Assembly (NCBI GenBank): GCA_002687275.1
Contig: NYZT01000021.1
Span: 29,317 to 61,316, forward strand
DNA: 32,000 bases
DNA from: Candidatus Woesearchaeota archaeon
Lineage (GTDB): Archaea > Nanobdellota > Nanobdellia > Woesearchaeales > ARS49
Reading direction: 5' to 3'
Shown here: piece after piece, positions 30,801-32,000 of the stretch
Layout of the letters: every line of letters starts with the position of its first letter
Position numbering within the stretch: the stretch's first letter is position 1
The notes under the pieces: model-generated
Database searches by the model: none
Told to the model about the DNA's origin: nothing
The model's input: only the letters and a program-made list of their open reading frames with translations
Made by a program: the position numbers and the translations under genes

Positions 30801-31678
30801 TCTATCTTTGATGTTACCTCGCCAGAACCCCTAAGAAGCAGATTGGCCTTGTCTGTGCCTTCTGCAACCGTGGACGAACCGAGAAATCTCAGGCCACCAT
30901 GAAGTTCACTAGATTGTAATCGCGTATGCTCACCAAACCCTAGCGTCTGTTGATCTGAGAACACCAAGGGTTGGGTTCCTTGCAGGTTAGAAAAGCCAAC
31001 ACGCAATTCTGATTCTCTAGGCTTGGAACGGTAGAAGAGAAGAGGAGTCTCTTCTTCAGGGGTTTCAGGAAGCTGGAACGCGGCAAGAGGAGTGCCCTCT
31101 GTATCAAAAAAGTGCGTCTCGCCGGCATGAAAAAAAGCGAAAACATGGGAAAGATCATCGTTCACAGCAAAGGGCCTTCCTAACCTCATCAAACCTTTTT
31201 TAGGAGTGAGCAATGCTGCGCCATTAAAGGAACGAACGTCCTGCGCACCCACAGAAGGCATGGCAAAGTAGTGCTTAGCCAGCGGGTGACGGTGGAGAGG
31301 ATCCGGAACCAACGATTTTTGCGAACTAGCCAAAACCTTCCCCTCTAAGCTAGCGATAACTTCAGCATGACGGCCCTCTCGGACGCGTATGTTCAGAGAG
31401 AGCGGGCGGCGACCTGCCAGTTGATGGGATTCCCCAAGACTAAAATGGTGCAGGCCAATAGCGCACCCGTAAAATGATGGCGGATCTTGGGTCACGGCAC
31501 GGTCGTCCAACACCGAAAAACCCCCGTCAAAGAGAACAACGTTTTGAGCGTCCTCTTTTCTCAATCGTAAAAGAACGTCTGCCAGAATCTTCGGGTCGAA
31601 CCCAGCTTGAGGAAGCGTGTAGACCCCGAGGTTGGAAAGCTCTCGGGCCCATGAGAGGTCGCTGGTGCTATCACCCAC
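27842..31678 (-). CDS. Giant orphan protein (1278 aa), no recognisable domain
   Basis: Uninterrupted 3.8-kb ORF. GTG start, with an in-frame TGA two codons upstream and TTTATATA about 40 nt upstream. No signal peptide, TM helix, Walker, HExxH or other motif seen by eye. Confidence 0.85.
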   Translation of the reverse strand: MGDSTSDLSWARELSNLGVYTLPQAGFDPKILADVLLRLRKEDAQNVVLFDGGFSVLDDRAVTQDPPSFYGCAIGLHHFSLGESHQLAGRRPLSLNIRVREGRHAEVIASLEGKVLASSQKSLVPDPLHRHPLAKHYFAMPSVGAQDVRSFNGAALLTPKKGLMRLGRPFAVNDDLSHVFAFFHAGETHFFDTEGTPLAAFQLPETPEEETPLLFYRSKPRESELRVGFSNLQGTQPLVFSDQQTLGFGEHTRLQSSELHGGLRFLGSSTVAEGTDKANLLLRGSGEVTSKIERSTNGEGCTRIMVERQMLYCGGLPSEAIGKTVRVSYNIRGFRRADLAFELDGQEYGRPFRLKKARGFIAKEDKKGGSDHQVLGMRRLDPQGKTRLLGKNYQLGLGRGGEAITFLRSRNPWGQTNTVVSDLEGKVLLVDYLEPLPKSAAVRRALGDASEVTFQQARGEARENLFALWMAQPEHFRHPKLVPFYGPLTVRGGKSLSLWDESLHPVKVQSKAKSAEILGRTLLMHDEGVEAMHTFPYGLVTHGMALLKEDTRWIALLNVDPEKEPWTLQGLSPTFQVSGNLAKSVTFDQPDRAALVIEHGPDQTDKYCLVRKGDHVLRVDLEGRHVGGVSPFAVATAPVDVGGSLTLAEIVSGMQENGLVDGENIFDILFRMGLKYSRSQHQAEEAQQSVALSLYQASLRDPDRRIDNPIPYLSAAVRYTVLKLHGRSMIQIVEDEGDSYFWTNLKGRELSPDSAAENNEFQRLMEDALGGLELHPRRLQWLVGDAEIEEYPRIIRDAKRGLDQLSGLQHRLLVRYLRGQLQKDMAAEEGMLLSQINTALFAAKASLSDSLSHHSCAYGLRDLMSHSRGYLPNPKFFDRTTNTRYDPIKRAIENGGSLDQLYKEMADAKFGPGADRKLEMLAGMTGNDRRILLPKRKTPLEQHLEVLDSLVETAPLSDSQRRTLQESFEGRDVDSTELRTAEVKVLLEAIRHNRPAFEKGGERVTAQTKRILDQGKKLPWDRYARLRLRTCLERDFGYEIDSNSRPTFNSLSSRVKHWVARFFDGNFPEVIKFAYPDIVFDKVLYSNSKWEGGISQVFDSVGDMFTRKGSWYLSSHDLKDQGCFGGHFGVRNPSSHLLNKRFVHERVLPKLDSPGDYVSNRKLLCLIFDVPCKPVPPNRIEGELGPVHLNRQELYEAAELTEEEVEVWDARIEEWDWRGTVPVQALQARFGKTPKMLRREYRDTRQRLDRAFGILYRPQQSAIPNRIKAGNIDLPKMV

Positions 31679-31769
31679 GAAAACTCACCCACATCAGGGA
31701 GGGAATATCTGCGCATATATAAACCTTCAGGACTAAAGTTTTTAAATAGGGAGAGCCCTAGTAAGACTT

Positions 31770-32000
31770 ATGGAAACACTCAAGGACCAGCCGTGTCCGA
31801 TATGCATGGACAAGAAGGGGCTGACCTTAACGCAAGATGATACAGAGGTTCCCTATTTTGGAAAAGTGTTCGTGTTTTCTATGAGCTGCACCAAGTGCAA
31901 GTACAACAAGGCAGACATCGAGGTTGAGGCGCAACGAGAGGGGGCAAAATATACGTTAGAAGTGGCTAGCAAGGAAGATCTTAAGATTCGCGTCATCCGG
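31770..32000 (+). CDS. ZPR1-type zinc-finger protein (N-terminal 77 aa; runs off the right edge)
   Basis: METLKDQPCPICMDKKGLTLTQDDTEVPYFGKVFVFSMSCTKCKYNKADIEVEAQREGAKYTLEVASKEDLKIRVIR matches CPxC...IPYFG...CxxCGY...Y.L.V....DL..RV of ZPR1 domains. TTTAAATA lies 29 nt upstream. Confidence 0.8.
   Translation, partial: METLKDQPCPICMDKKGLTLTQDDTEVPYFGKVFVFSMSCTKCKYNKADIEVEAQREGAKYTLEVASKEDLKIRVIR

Noticed and set aside
2244-31158. Numerous 60-280-aa track ORFs antisense to or out of frame with large genes (for example 2244..2591, 2853..3299, 3486..3896, 9974..10486, 12313..12981, 14957..15565, 21099..21671, 25475..26308, 28391..28720)
   Set aside because: These are shadow ORFs inside well-supported genes. 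They have Arg/Ser/Pro/Cys-rich low-complexity translations and no start-site signals.
1-32000. CRISPR arrays, rRNA genes, IS elements, integrases and prophage hallmarks
   Set aside because: I saw no regularly spaced direct repeats and recognised no transposase, integrase, capsid or terminase motifs. The only repeats found are the short palindromes and operators reported above.

Overview
The window looks archaeal. It carries a family-B DNA polymerase, RNA polymerase subunit F/Rpo4, ribosomal protein eL21, a DUF655 protein, a ZPR1 zinc finger, FtsZ plus SepF, and TATA-type promoters. Gene density is very high on both strands.

Housekeeping content:
- A co-oriented block on the minus strand: nrdR, class II (adenosylcobalamin) ribonucleotide reductase nrdJ, a PduO-type adenosyltransferase, a Zn-ribbon protein and a ferredoxin.
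- polB.
- tRNA-His(GUG) 13 nt upstream of hisS.
- ftsZ and sepF.
- rpl21e, rpoF and the DUF655 gene.

Accessory content:
- A cluster with a tandem Fis-type HTH protein, three receiver-like proteins and a PadR regulator, and no kinase (5.3-8.3 kb).
- Surface proteins: an orphan solute-binding protein, a membrane-anchored cupredoxin, a Tat-exported metzincin and a lipoprotein.
- A TumE/TumA-like pair and a VapBC pair.
- A PIN-like 367-aa protein that interrupts the rpl21e-rpoF-DUF655 string.
- A 1278-aa orphan protein.
- Several small hypothetical operons.

No rRNA, CRISPR array, transposase or integrase was recognised.

The strongest candidate for something undescribed is the 18.3-23.2 kb stretch. 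Three promoters share the module [palindrome CGGAA-N3..TTCCGGAA]-N14-CATATAAA with identical spacing. They drive a TumE/TumA-like pair, an 88-aa two-TM protein and a VapBC pair. A two-gene cassette of unknown function (109 aa + 222 aa) is bracketed by two copies of a 23-bp palindromic repeat.

Other leads:
- The kinase-less REC/HTH_8 cluster.
- A triple TATCG-N6-CGATA operator array at the PadR divergent promoter.
- An attenuator-like leader with a 5-codon Trp-Trp uORF.
- The synteny-breaking PIN-like gene.
- The giant orphan ORF.

All family calls come from motifs read by eye. No database search was run.
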